From contig NC_068990.1 in the NCBI RefSeq assembly GCF_001194135.2, positions 16,199,937 through 16,263,936 of the forward strand: a DNA stretch of 64,000 bases, in the 5' to 3' direction. The stretch's first letter is position 1; the number at the start of each line of letters is the position of its first letter. Below are positions 14,186-23,990 of the stretch, one piece after another. Made by a program: the position numbers and the translations under genes. The notes below the pieces were generated by a model. The model ran no database searches and was not told the origin of the DNA. It worked only from the letters and a program-made list of their open reading frames with translations. The stretch is from Octopus bimaculoides (lineage: Eukaryota).

Positions 14186-14350
14186 CAGGTGGAGATGTAT
14201 GGAGAAATTTGCTTCCCAGTCATGTAATTTCAGGTTCTGTGCCATTGTGTGGCATTTTGAGCAAGTGTTTTCTAATTGCAAGATAAATAAAGCCCTGTGA
14301 GTAGATTTGGTAGACAGAAACTGAAAGAAATCCTTTGGTGTGTGTGTGTA

Positions 14351-14382
<32 letters not shown>

Positions 14383-14560
14383 TAGCCTTTTTTGTAAACA
14401 AACATCATCATCATACAAGCAATGTTGTTCATTTCCCATCTTCCATGAAAACATGTCTGGTCATGGGGAAATATTACCTTACTTGGAAAGATGTGTTGGT
14501 AACAGGAAGGGCATCCAACTGAAAAATAATCTGCAGAAAAGTGGATGTTGAAATGATGAT
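14186..14560 (+). mobile_element. Family B SINE head with RTE-type tail
   Basis: Same head, (TG)n, then aaaacatgtctggtcatggggaaatattaccttacttgg...gaaaagtggatgttgaaatgatgat. Similar copies occur at about 1455-1832 (+), 3720-4185 (-), 45895-46265 (+), 49725-50205 (+) and 59095-59415 (+). Confidence 0.8.
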
Positions 14561-15326
14561 TATCTTTGAATTTTACCTGATCTGGAATATTCATATAGAT
14601 GTTGATGTAGCCATAGGTCACAGTGACGTCCAGTTAACATATTCTCAGCTCTTATTTCATAGATTTTTAAAATAGCAAGCAACTTTGATTTGATGGTGAT
14701 TTTGGTTCTTTGATAGTTTGGAACAAACTATGGAACAAAGATTAACGCAATATAATGAAATAATAGCTTTTTGTGTTTTATCGTTTCTTTTCATGACTGA
14801 TTTAACAATTGATTGGAAATTGTGTTTATGTATGTGTGTACTTGTATATACAAATGCTTCATTTATTTTTGTGGATATCTGTAGGTATATATGTGTCAGA
14901 AAGAGAGAGAGGGAGGAGGGAGGGAGGAAAGTGTGTGTGCTTTATAAGTTAAAGATGGAGGGACAATGCCCATAACCTTTGCGGGTAGCCCTAGAATGGT
15001 GGGATTTGATGTGATCAATGCAGAGCTGAAACATCTGCAGGTTCTTATCTGTTGGAAAAATCTGGTTGAGGAGGAAATTGAGGGGCTAGTGAAAATGTTT
15101 GCAACAGAGTGAACTTTAAGTAACTGAGGACTGGGTATTAAACCTAGTCATGTGTGTGTGTGTGTGTGTAGATGAGAAAGAATACATTTGTGTGTGTGTG
15201 TGTGTATAGATGAGAAAGAATACATTTGTGTGTGAGGGAGAGAGAGAGATATGAATGGAAGACAAATTTGAGATTTCTACAAAGTAGCATAGGGTAAATA
15301 AATTATACTTAATATTAGCACATTTG

Positions 15327-15610
15327 AAGGTAGTGAGTTGGCAGAATTGTTAGCATGCTGGTCAAAATGGATTTCATCCATCTTTGTTCTCAGTTCAAAT
15401 TCCGCCAAGGTCAATTTTGCTTTCCATCCTTTAGAGGTCAATAAAATAAGTACCAGCTGAGCACTTGGGTCAATGTAATTGATTTATGCCCTCTCCTGAA
15501 ATTGCTGGCCTTGTGCCTTGAATTATGCCCTCCTCTGAAATTGCTGGCCTTGTGCCTTGAATTATGCCCTCCCCTGAAATTGCTGGCCTTGTGCCATAAT
15601 TTGAAATCAG
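15327..15610 (+). mobile_element. Family A SINE with internal 39-bp triplication
   Basis: Family A body; the unit ttatgccctc..ctgaaattgctggccttgtgccttgaa starts at 15484, 15523 and 15562. Confidence 0.85.
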
Positions 15611-15613
15611 TAT

Positions 15614-15837
15614 TAACCCTCTCGTTGCCTTATTTCTGTTGAAATACACTGCCTTTATTTCAATTAATTTAAAAAGTAATTCATTAAAAAAATAAAACTC
15701 TGTATTAAGCTGGTGCTTGGATCATAAATTAACATGAAATTTTGATGGAAGGTTTTAATTTAGATCACTTTAAAACAGGAAATTTGTGTCATAAAATTAG
15801 GATCAGTCACAGGTGGGTTGGATATGAAAAGGATTAA
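15614..15837 (+). mobile_element. MITE family A, full copy with empty internal TTAA site (15769-15772)
   Basis: ttaaccctctc...tagatcact-ttaa-aacagga...aaaaggattaa. Confidence 0.85.
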
Positions 15838-15922
15838 AATATATTACAAAAAAAAAGATTAACCATTTATGTCTTTATTTTTGTTTTAGAAATCTTTCAA
15901 GTTTAATTTTCCTCTCGAACAG

Positions 15923-16162
15923 GTTCTTTAGATTATATGCCTAAAACCAGGAAACTCTTGACCAACAATGGTGCTTTCTTCAATAATTCTTTTGTTTCAA
16001 CACCAATGTGTTGTCCATCTCGGAGTACATTATTGACTGGTATGTACAGCCATAACCATAATGTTTTCACTAACAATGAAAACTGTTCCTCTACACAATG
16101 GCAGCAGAATTACGAGACCAGGAGTTTTGCTACATATCTGAGTGACCAAGGTTATCGAACTG
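15923..16162 (+). CDS. Sulf1: Sulf coding exon 2 (catalytic CCPSR motif)
   Basis: Acceptor cctctcgaacag at 15922. Reads (G)[10 protein letters not shown]...[31 protein letters not shown]...GYRT(G); the FGly-precursor Cys codon is at 16012-16014. Donor gtaagt at 16163; 240 nt, phase 1 to 1. Confidence 0.97.
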
Positions 16163-16562
16163 GTAAGTGGCAGTGGTCAATACACTGACCAGCTTTCATT
16201 TCATTCAATATTGCTCTCCACTTTACTAGCAAACTTTTTTAGTTTCTTTCTTTCTTTTTTTTTTTTGTTGTTGTTAAATGCTATTTCATGTTAAGCTTTG
16301 TCCAGTGCATGTGTAAAACATTAAGAAAACTCTTAGGATATAATTTAATGTTTTGCCTACTTCTCTTTGTGGCTGTATTGATTAAAAAATTGTTTCTGTT
16401 GCTTATGCTTCCTCTTTTTATTTATTTATTATTTTTTTTGTTTTTGGTATTGACTAATCAACACTACATATATCTAATTATTCACTGGATTGGAATGATT
16501 TTAAGATTGACATGAACATTTATTGGTACATTTCTCTGATATATTTCAACTTGCTTCATTAA

Positions 16563-16942
16563 TTAACCTTTTCCTTACCATGTTTCAGTTGAAATACACT
16601 GACTTAATTTCAGTTCATTTTGAAAATAATGAATTTAATAAAATAACTTTTGTTATTATTAAGCTGGTTTTTGGAACAAATTAACATGAATTTTGATGGG
16701 AGGTTTTGATGTAGATCACTTTAACCTTTTGTTACCATATTTCTGTTGAAATACATTGCCTTTGTTTTAATTAATTTTGAAAATAATGAATTTAATAAAA
16801 TAACTTTGACACTATTGTGATGGTGTTTGGAATGTGAATTTACATGAAATTTTGATGGACAGTTTTAATTTAGCCCTCTTTAAAATGGCAAGTTCCTTAG
16901 AACCTGGGGTAGTCTCAGGTAGGTTGCTATCAAAAAGGTTAA
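16563..16942 (+). mobile_element. MITE family A nested in family A
   Basis: The outer copy runs to agatcact, and the inner full copy spans 16721-16942 with ttaa at both ends. The outer 3' end is absent. Confidence 0.75.
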
Positions 16943-17269
16943 AATCAACTAATTAAAATCTAGTAAATCTGGTAACATTCATAGCGAATATATGGCTAGA
17001 ATGAAAATTATATTTGGTATCTTTCTAAAGTAACACCTGGCTTACTCTTCTTATCATTGTACATAAAAAACTTCTACAAGAAAGTTAATAGTCTGTAACA
17101 CAAGCTTTTAAAATACGAAGCCCCCTAATCATTAACTTGAAATTTGTTTACATTTTAAAGTAAAATAAATCAATATTTTATTTATATATTTTATATGCTT
17201 ATTTGAAATTCCATTTGAGAAATTTGATAACTTGAAGCTAATATATTCGCTTTTCTTCTACATTTTCAG

Positions 17270-17495
17270 GTTATTTTGGGAAATATCTTAATGAATATAA
17301 CGGCTCTTATATTCCTCCTGGCTGGAGAGAATGGATGGGGCTGATACGCAATTCTCGATTTTATAATTATTCTGTCAATTTTAATGGTAAAAGGATGAAG
17401 CATGGTGATAACTATTATGAAGACTATTTCACAGACCTCATCGCCAATGACAGTGTTACGTTTCTCAAACAGAGTAAACAGCTATTTCAGAATAA
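17270..17495 (+). CDS. Sulf1: Sulf coding exon 3
   Basis: Acceptor cattttcag at 17269. Reads [33 protein letters not shown]...[24 protein letters not shown]. Donor gtacgt at 17496; 226 nt, phase 1 to 2. Confidence 0.96.
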
Positions 17496-17649
17496 GTACG
17501 TTTTTAATTTTATGGGTTTTATTTTTCTTCATAATCTTTTTTTTCACTATTTGCTTACATTTTGGGAATTATTTTATGACAAAATATTTTTTGGAAATAT
17601 ATTGTTTTGGTGTTTTAATTCCAAGCTTTTAAAAGAAATATTCTGGATT

Positions 17650-17709
<60 letters not shown>

Positions 17710-17917
17710 TTTAATGTCCATTTTTCCATGCTTGCATGGGTCAGATGGAAATTGTTTAGGTAGATTTTCTATGGTCAGATGCCCTTCCTGTTGCCAAGCA
17801 TGGTAATATTTCTCCCTAGCTGGACATGTTTACATGAAACATTGGAAATGAAGGCCACCACTTGCTGACAGTGACACTTGCTTCACATCTTTCATACGAT
17901 GTCAAGATAATGACACA

Positions 17918-17949
<32 letters not shown>

Positions 17950-18094
17950 ACCCTTATTAAGGATGTATGGTTTGATAGTATCTGACAAACCAGAAGACTG
18001 TCAGGCTCTAGTGTCTGCTTTGACCTTCCAAACACCAACAACTTTATACAGTGTACTGGGTACTTTTTTTGTGGCACCAGCTTTATGAAAGGAG

Positions 18095-19215
18095 ACACAG
18101 CATAGTGGACGAAATAGTGCTCCCAAAGACGTGAGACTGAGAGTTATAGTGGAGGGCAGGCCGCTGATATGCTACACATGTGGAGAAAAGGGCCACATGA
18201 AGGCATGGTGCACTCAGAGAAAACAGATGGAGCAGGTGGAGAGACAGGAGAGTATTGACCAGGTAGTACAGGTCAAGGCAACAGAAAAAGCAACAGAGGA
18301 AGAATTCACTGTGGTTAAAAAAAGGAGGAGGAGTGGAGAGAAGCAGAAAAAGAAGAGAGAAGAGGTGGGAAAAAAGATTATGAAGGTGGCCAGCAAGGAG
18401 GAAGAAAAAATGGTGATAGATAAAGAAAGTAAAAAGAAAGCTGAAAAAGTGGAGTTATGTAAGGGAGAGTCATCAGTAAAGATACCGGTTGCTCCAGTGG
18501 AGGAAGGAGATTCAGAAGTCTAACTGAACAAAGGTGAGATGGAGAGACTGTTTAGAGTGGAGGAAGAAAAGAAGGTACAAAGAGTCCAGCAAGAAAAAGG
18601 AAAGAAAATACAAGGAGGAAATGGTCAATGGTATTACGTGACGTACCCAAAAAACATAGAAACAAAAAAAAAAAAATTAAGTTCCAATCAATAGTAAGAG
18701 TGAAGGTGCCATCATATATATATTTAGAAGATATGAAGGCAATAGTAATTGAAAAGAAAAACTACAAGAAATTAAAGGAGATGTGTGGAGACAGTATTGA
18801 CCCACCAGGAGTGAGGGTGGAATTCAAAGAATTGCCACCAGCAGTGGAACTAACAGACATAGAACCACTCTTGAAATATTATTAAAAAGAAAAAATAAGT
18901 ATGCTAAATTGTGTTGAAAAAGTAGGAAAAAAGAAAAAAAAAAGAGTAAAATGTTTTATGTTATCATTAGGGAAAAAAATAATGGTGATTAAGAAAAAAC
19001 AATCAGGAAAGAAAGAACAATTATAGACAATGTATATAAAGGTTCAAATGGTACTGCATGGGAGTGGGGCCCATGCGACCATTTTCATTCTTCATTTTTA
19101 TATAATTTCATCTCATATACATTCGTTTTATATTTTTTGTCCCCACCGTGGTGTTGTATCTGTTCTTGTGGTGTCCCTCTCTGTGTTTGGGGGTCTTGTG
19201 CCTAATAAAGAAATA
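18095..19215 (+). mobile_element. Retroelement relic with gag/ORF1-like zinc-knuckle ORF
   Basis: CYTCGEKGHMKAWC is a CX2CX4HX4C knuckle. A K/E-rich region follows, and the frame continues past one stop (18521-18523) and an A-run frameshift to 18885. It ends in ...gtgcctaataaagaaata at about 19215. Confidence 0.7.
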
Positions 19216-19635
19216 GAAAGGAGACACAAGCACTTTTACACATTCAATCACAAGGCCATAGCAGAAGACACATTCCTAAGGTAGCATGCAATGGGACTGA
19301 ATGTGAAACCGTGTGGTTGAGAAGCAAACTTACTAGTTCCCCCCACCCATATATCTATATTTACACACACATGTACACAGTGGGCTTCTTTCAGTTTCTA
19401 TCTACCAAATTCACTTGCAAGGCTTTGGTTGGCCTGGAGCTGTAGTAGATGATATTTGTCCAAGATGTCACATAATGAGACTGAATCTGAAATGTTGTGG
19501 TCAGGAAGCAAGCTCCTTAACTCAACAGTCATGCCTATACCTATTCCATATCCTTTTAACAGTTTTGTTTCTTTGTACTTCTTTGTTGGCTCTTTCTACA
19601 GATTGGTTTAATTTGGTCTAATTTGTTTCCTTTAG

Positions 19636-19731
19636 ACCCGTCCTGATGGTTTTGAGTGTACCAGCACCACATGGAACAGAAGATGCAGCACCCCAGTATC
19701 AGCATTTATTTGCTAATGCAACATCTCACAG
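19636..19731 (+). CDS. Sulf1: Sulf coding exon 4
   Basis: Acceptor tttcctttag at 19635. Reads (K)PVLMVLSVPAPHGTEDAAPQYQHLFANATSH(R), containing the APHG motif. Donor gtatac at 19732; 96 nt, phase 2 to 2. Confidence 0.95.
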
Positions 19732-20584
19732 GTATACTGACTTGGTCAACATGTAATTAAGGTACATTTAACAGGTATACAGACTTGATCAACATATCGT
19801 TAGAGTACAAGCTGGACATTCATAGATATTTGGTAATTAAGGTAGATTTTTGGAAATACATAAATTTGATTAATAATTAATTAGGATGCTTTTATATCTT
19901 TATTCTACTTTTAATTAAGGAGTACATACAATGCCCATTTTTGCATCCTTGCATGGATCTGGCAGATTTTCCAAGGCTGTATGCCCATTCTGTTGCTGGC
20001 TCTCACCTGTTTTCCAAATAAGGTAATATTTTCCCATGGCCAAAGTAAATAACCCAGTGTATCTATTTTTTTCAAGATGGTAAGGTGTGATTTGAGGGAG
20101 TTTTGACTGTTATTTTTAGCAAGTCACTTAACCACATAGAGGTTCCTTTGTTAACTTGATTTATGTAGGTTGAATGAACAGGTACATTATTTATGATTGA
20201 CAGTTTCTTGTGTAACTCAAATCCTTTACCTTTTGGTATGTAGTTCAGCACTTTATGGGCTTTTCTTGAAAAGATGATTATAACAGAATATGATGAATTA
20301 GAAGTAATCTACTGCAGAACATAGTCATTGTTATGAGATACTGGATCCAACATTGTGTTGTCCTGTTGATAAATCTAAGATTTTTGGAAAAGATCACCCA
20401 GTCCTTTCTATAGGGTTAGAGAAACTTTGATTGAAATGTAGTATTGTGCTATTAAATACCAGGTGGTGCTATTAACCCATTAAGTCCCACTGTCCTGTAA
20501 ATAGGACACTAAATGAGAACATTAAATAAATTTATTTACATTATTTACATTTGACGGATATTTGTCCTCATCTTGTTTGTTGCT

Positions 20585-20630
20585 AACACAACGTTTCAGC
20601 TGATATACCCTCCAGCCTCCATCAGGTGTC
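20585..20630 (-). ncRNA. Minimal type I hammerhead ribozyme motif, left arm; A9G variant
   Basis: The reverse complement reads GACAC-CTGATGG-A-GGCTG(gagggtatat)CAGCT-GAAA-CGT-T-GTGTT. Confidence 0.7.
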
Positions 20631-20935
20631 TTGGGGAAATTTCGAACCTGGATTCTCATTCCTAAGGTATTTTTCGTCATCATCGTCGTCGTCGTCGTCG
20701 CCGCCGCCGCCATCATCGTCGTTCAGGTCACTATCTGGAATTGAACTCAGAATCTTGAGGTTAGTAGCCCACGCACTTAACCACTATGCCATATGCCATG
20801 GCATAGTGGTTTAGAGCGCAGGCTACTAACCCCAAGATTCCAAGTTCGATTCCAGGCAGTGACCTGAATAATAATAATAACAACAACATTGAAAAATACC
20901 TTAGGAATGAGAACCCAAGTTTGAAATTTCCCCAA

Positions 20936-20981
20936 GACACCTGATGAAGGCTGGAGGGTATTTCAGCCAAAACGTTGTGTT
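20936..20981 (+). ncRNA. Minimal type I hammerhead ribozyme motif (Penelope-like), right arm; G12A variant
   Basis: GACAC-CTGATGA-A-GGCTGGA(gggtat)TTCAGCC-AAAA-CGT-T-GTGTT. Stem I is GACAC/GTGTT, stem II has 7 bp, and the ACGT stem III is palindromic. Confidence 0.7.
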
Positions 20982-21524
20982 AACAACAAACAAGATGAGG
21001 ACAAATATCCGTCAAATGTAAATAATGTAAATAATGTACATAAATCCTCAACTCTTAAATATAGAACTGTATTAAATAAGCTATATCACATTGTCTCGGT
21101 GTCCTATTTATAGGACACCAAGTATTTCCATTTCTACTTGAAGCAAAGGAATTTTAATAATTTTTTTTTTTTCATTTTAACCTATTTTCAATCATCTGTA
21201 AAAATTTATAAGTAATATTCAGAAATTTAAGTACTCTGGGACTTAATGGGTTAAGTTAGACATGGTCTGGACCTATACTGGTTGAAACCTATCAGAGTTA
21301 TCAAAGTAAAGTACTGAAATATAAATCCATGTTTAGCACTTCTGGGTAGATGTTATCTCCAGATACCTGGTTTGTTTTATATGAATTATGATTTTCCTTT
21401 TGATTACGTGCACACATAAAATCCCCCACAAATTGCAATGTATTTAAACACTCTGAAGGGGTTTATCGATATATATAATCTAAAGAGCCATATTTTCTGA
21501 TCAATACAACATTCTGGCTTTGGT

Positions 21525-21745
21525 TTAACCCTTTTGATACCAACCCAACTGAGACTTCCCTTAGTTCTATCATACAAACTTCCTGCTTTAAAATGTTGTA
21601 AATTAAAACTCTTAATTAAAATTTCATGTTAATTTATGTTCCAAATTCAGTTCAATAATGACAGCTATTTTACTAAATTCGTCATTATTTTCAAAATTAA
21701 TTGAAATAAAAGCAATGTGTTTCAGCTGAAATATGGTACTGAAAA
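21525..21745 (-). mobile_element. MITE family A copy
   Basis: tttaacccttttgatacc...gaaatatggtac, reverse orientation. Confidence 0.8.
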
Positions 21746-21910
21746 GCTTGTGGAGCAGAATTGTGTAGAAATTTTAAATTAAGATAAATTTGACAATCAA
21801 TGGTTGGTAATGTTTGATGGAATATCAATTTCAGAACCACCTAAGTGAGGTTAATTAATTAATTAGTAATATTCTGTAAAATATTCCATTTGGTAAAGGA
21901 CCAGAATATA

Positions 21911-23050
21911 TATCTTTTTATCTTTTACCTTTCACTGGTTTCAGCCCAGGGCTGAGGTCATGCTGGTACACCACCTGTAGTTACTTGGTGTTGTTTCCAG
22001 TATTGTCTTTGGTGAAGTAGCATGTTGGAGCTGCACTTCTTTGTGTCTCCTGCCATGATGTGGGTTCAGTTGGTATCTCAAGATAGAAACCTGTCTAGAT
22101 GTTCCTTGGAAACTTCCACATCAATACCATGTAGATCTGTTTAAATGTTTCGAGATCTTTATTCTCCACCACATTAGTATTCTCCTGACTCGGGGAATGG
22201 TGTTTTTGTGTGTATTGGCTCCCTTCTCTGGGACATATTTAATGCATATGGCTTGCATTATTGACATGAATTTATTGAGTTTCACATTTATGTCTTGCAT
22301 AGAGAAGCTTTTAGGCCAGTTCTGTTGGAGTATCTGTTTTTCAAGTGACTTCCAGTCAGTCTTATAGAAATTTAGGCTGGATAGGGTTTGAGCGCCATCT
22401 GTGCAGAGTCTATCTTTAGTTAATTCCAGGCCATACGTTGTCAGTTCAATCATGTTATGGTCTGAGAATATTGTTGGTGATATATTTACGTTGTGGATAA
22501 TTTCCACATTGTTTGTAAAACAGAGGTCCAGGATATTTTTGTGCCTGGTTGGAGATAGTATGTTCTGCATTTTTGTAAGATCAAGTAAAGATTCTGCTTG
22601 ATTTCACTCTTTGTGCATCATTCCTGGGGTTATGTTGCCATCAGGCCACCTGATGCTGAGGAAGTTGAAGTCACCCATCAGGAATATAGTAGTACATTGC
22701 TCCAGTTGTGTTAGTATTTCTGTTATTGCACTGAAGCTTTCCTCAAATTTTCAATCATGATTTGAGGTATCAAGTGGGTGATTTAGTGTGCATATCACTA
22801 TATCAAGTTGCTGTAGATGTATTATGAGTGTGTCACACCCTGAGTCCGAGTTCAGTAACAGAGTTAATGGTGTGACATCTTCGTGGATGTACATTGCAAC
22901 TCCACCATGACTTCTGTCTGGATGGAAGATAACATATGTCATTTATGCCTGCAGACAAATGTGTTTCTGTGAGTGCAATGCATATAGCTTGATTGCATGC
23001 AGAAAGATTCTTCAGGTGTGCAATTTGCATTTGTTCTGTAGCAGGCCTCT
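21911..23050 (-). mobile_element. Internally deleted CR1/L2-like LINE: APE endonuclease joined to ORF2 C-terminus and 3' tail
   Basis: Motifs IALTETHL, HGGVAMYI, MGDFNF, NILDLCFTN and FSDHNMI (APE domain). These are followed at about 22135 by DLHGIDVEV...HLDRFLS...PTEPTSWQE and the tail ccagcatgacctcagccctgggctgaaaccagtgaaaggtaaaagataaaaaga. Contains stops and frameshifts. Confidence 0.8.
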
Positions 23051-23099
23051 TATATTTATTAGGAGAAATGGCTTTGTTGTTAGTGTAATGGGTGGCTTG

Positions 23100-23383
23100 T
23101 GTGTATCACACACACACTCGCAGACTCTCGCGCACACACAGATATTCACCTCCCTTTTTCACTCTCCTGTCTTAAAAAGAACTTTTCGCCCACCACCTCC
23201 TCTTCCGGTCCTTTCACAATGTAACCTCGTGGGCATCGGTGCCATTTTCCTCTTCCTCCGTTTTTCCATTCTCCGAACTTTCTGTCTTTCCGACGAAGGG
23301 CTCCGCCCGAAACGTCATACACTCTCTCTCCTTCCTTTCCCGAGTGTCCAATAACACTATCCGTATCACGTCCTCACTTTGTT
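23100..23383 (+). mobile_element. Penelope-like pseudo-LTR fragment with hammerhead-like motif at 23290-23316
   Basis: CCGACGA-A-GGG(ctccg)CCC-GAAA-CGTC lies after a (CA)-rich and pyrimidine-rich tract. The translated SDEGLRPK signature is typical of PLE ends. An assembly gap follows. Confidence 0.6.
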
Positions 23384-23417
23384 NNNNNNNNNNATATATA
23401 TATATATATATATATAT

Positions 23418-23990
23418 AATTAATATTGAAGGAAAGAAAATAGAATGAATTGGATGTATGAAAAATTTATCTGTATGTTAAAAAGTGTTGAAAAATTTCT
23501 TTTAGAAACATTACAATACAAATAAATTGATTATAAGTTGTAAAGCTGAAAAAGAATTTAAAAAACTTACTCATGTTTCTATGCTATCCCCTAGTTAATT
23601 AGAAATTCTAAGCATTTGGTTAAATGCTAAGAAAAAAATCATATTCTAACTATATGGGGTAGAACTTCTTCAGGATTTTTATGAACTTGTAGGGCTTAGG
23701 TTATCATTTTTGAAGGATGCATGGAGGGTTTTAAAAACCCTGAAGTTCTACCTCATATAGTTAGAATATGATTTTTTCTTAGCATTTAACCAAATGCTTA
23801 GAATTTCTAATTAACTAGGGGATAGCATAGAAACATAAGTAGGTTTTTAAAATTCTTTTTCAGCTTTACAACTTATAATCAATTTATTTGTATTGCAATG
23901 TTTCTAAAAGAAATTTTTCAAAATTGTTTAACATACAAATAAATTTTTCATGCATCCATTTCTCTCCTTTTTCTATCCTTCAATATTAAT
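23418..23990. mobile_element. Foldback/MITE-like long inverted repeat
   Basis: Arms at about 23418-23674 and 23738-23990 are near-identical reverse complements with a spacer of about 63 bp, embedded in (TA)n. Confidence 0.85.

Larger units (their letters stand above)
20530..21070. mobile_element. Palindromic head-to-head dimer of a tRNA-head + hammerhead-ribozyme retroelement
   Basis: 20532-20792 is the reverse complement of about 20798-21035. Each arm has a tRNA-like head (A box TAGTGGTTWAG, B box GTTCRATTCC), a simple trinucleotide tract and a hammerhead-like core. The 9-mer attaaataa flanks both sides (20521-20529 and 21071-21079). Confidence 0.8.

Noticed and set aside
20800-20870. Functional tRNA gene
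   Set aside because: It has A and B boxes but no acceptor stem, irregular arms and no T-run terminator. It is treated as a SINE-type head.
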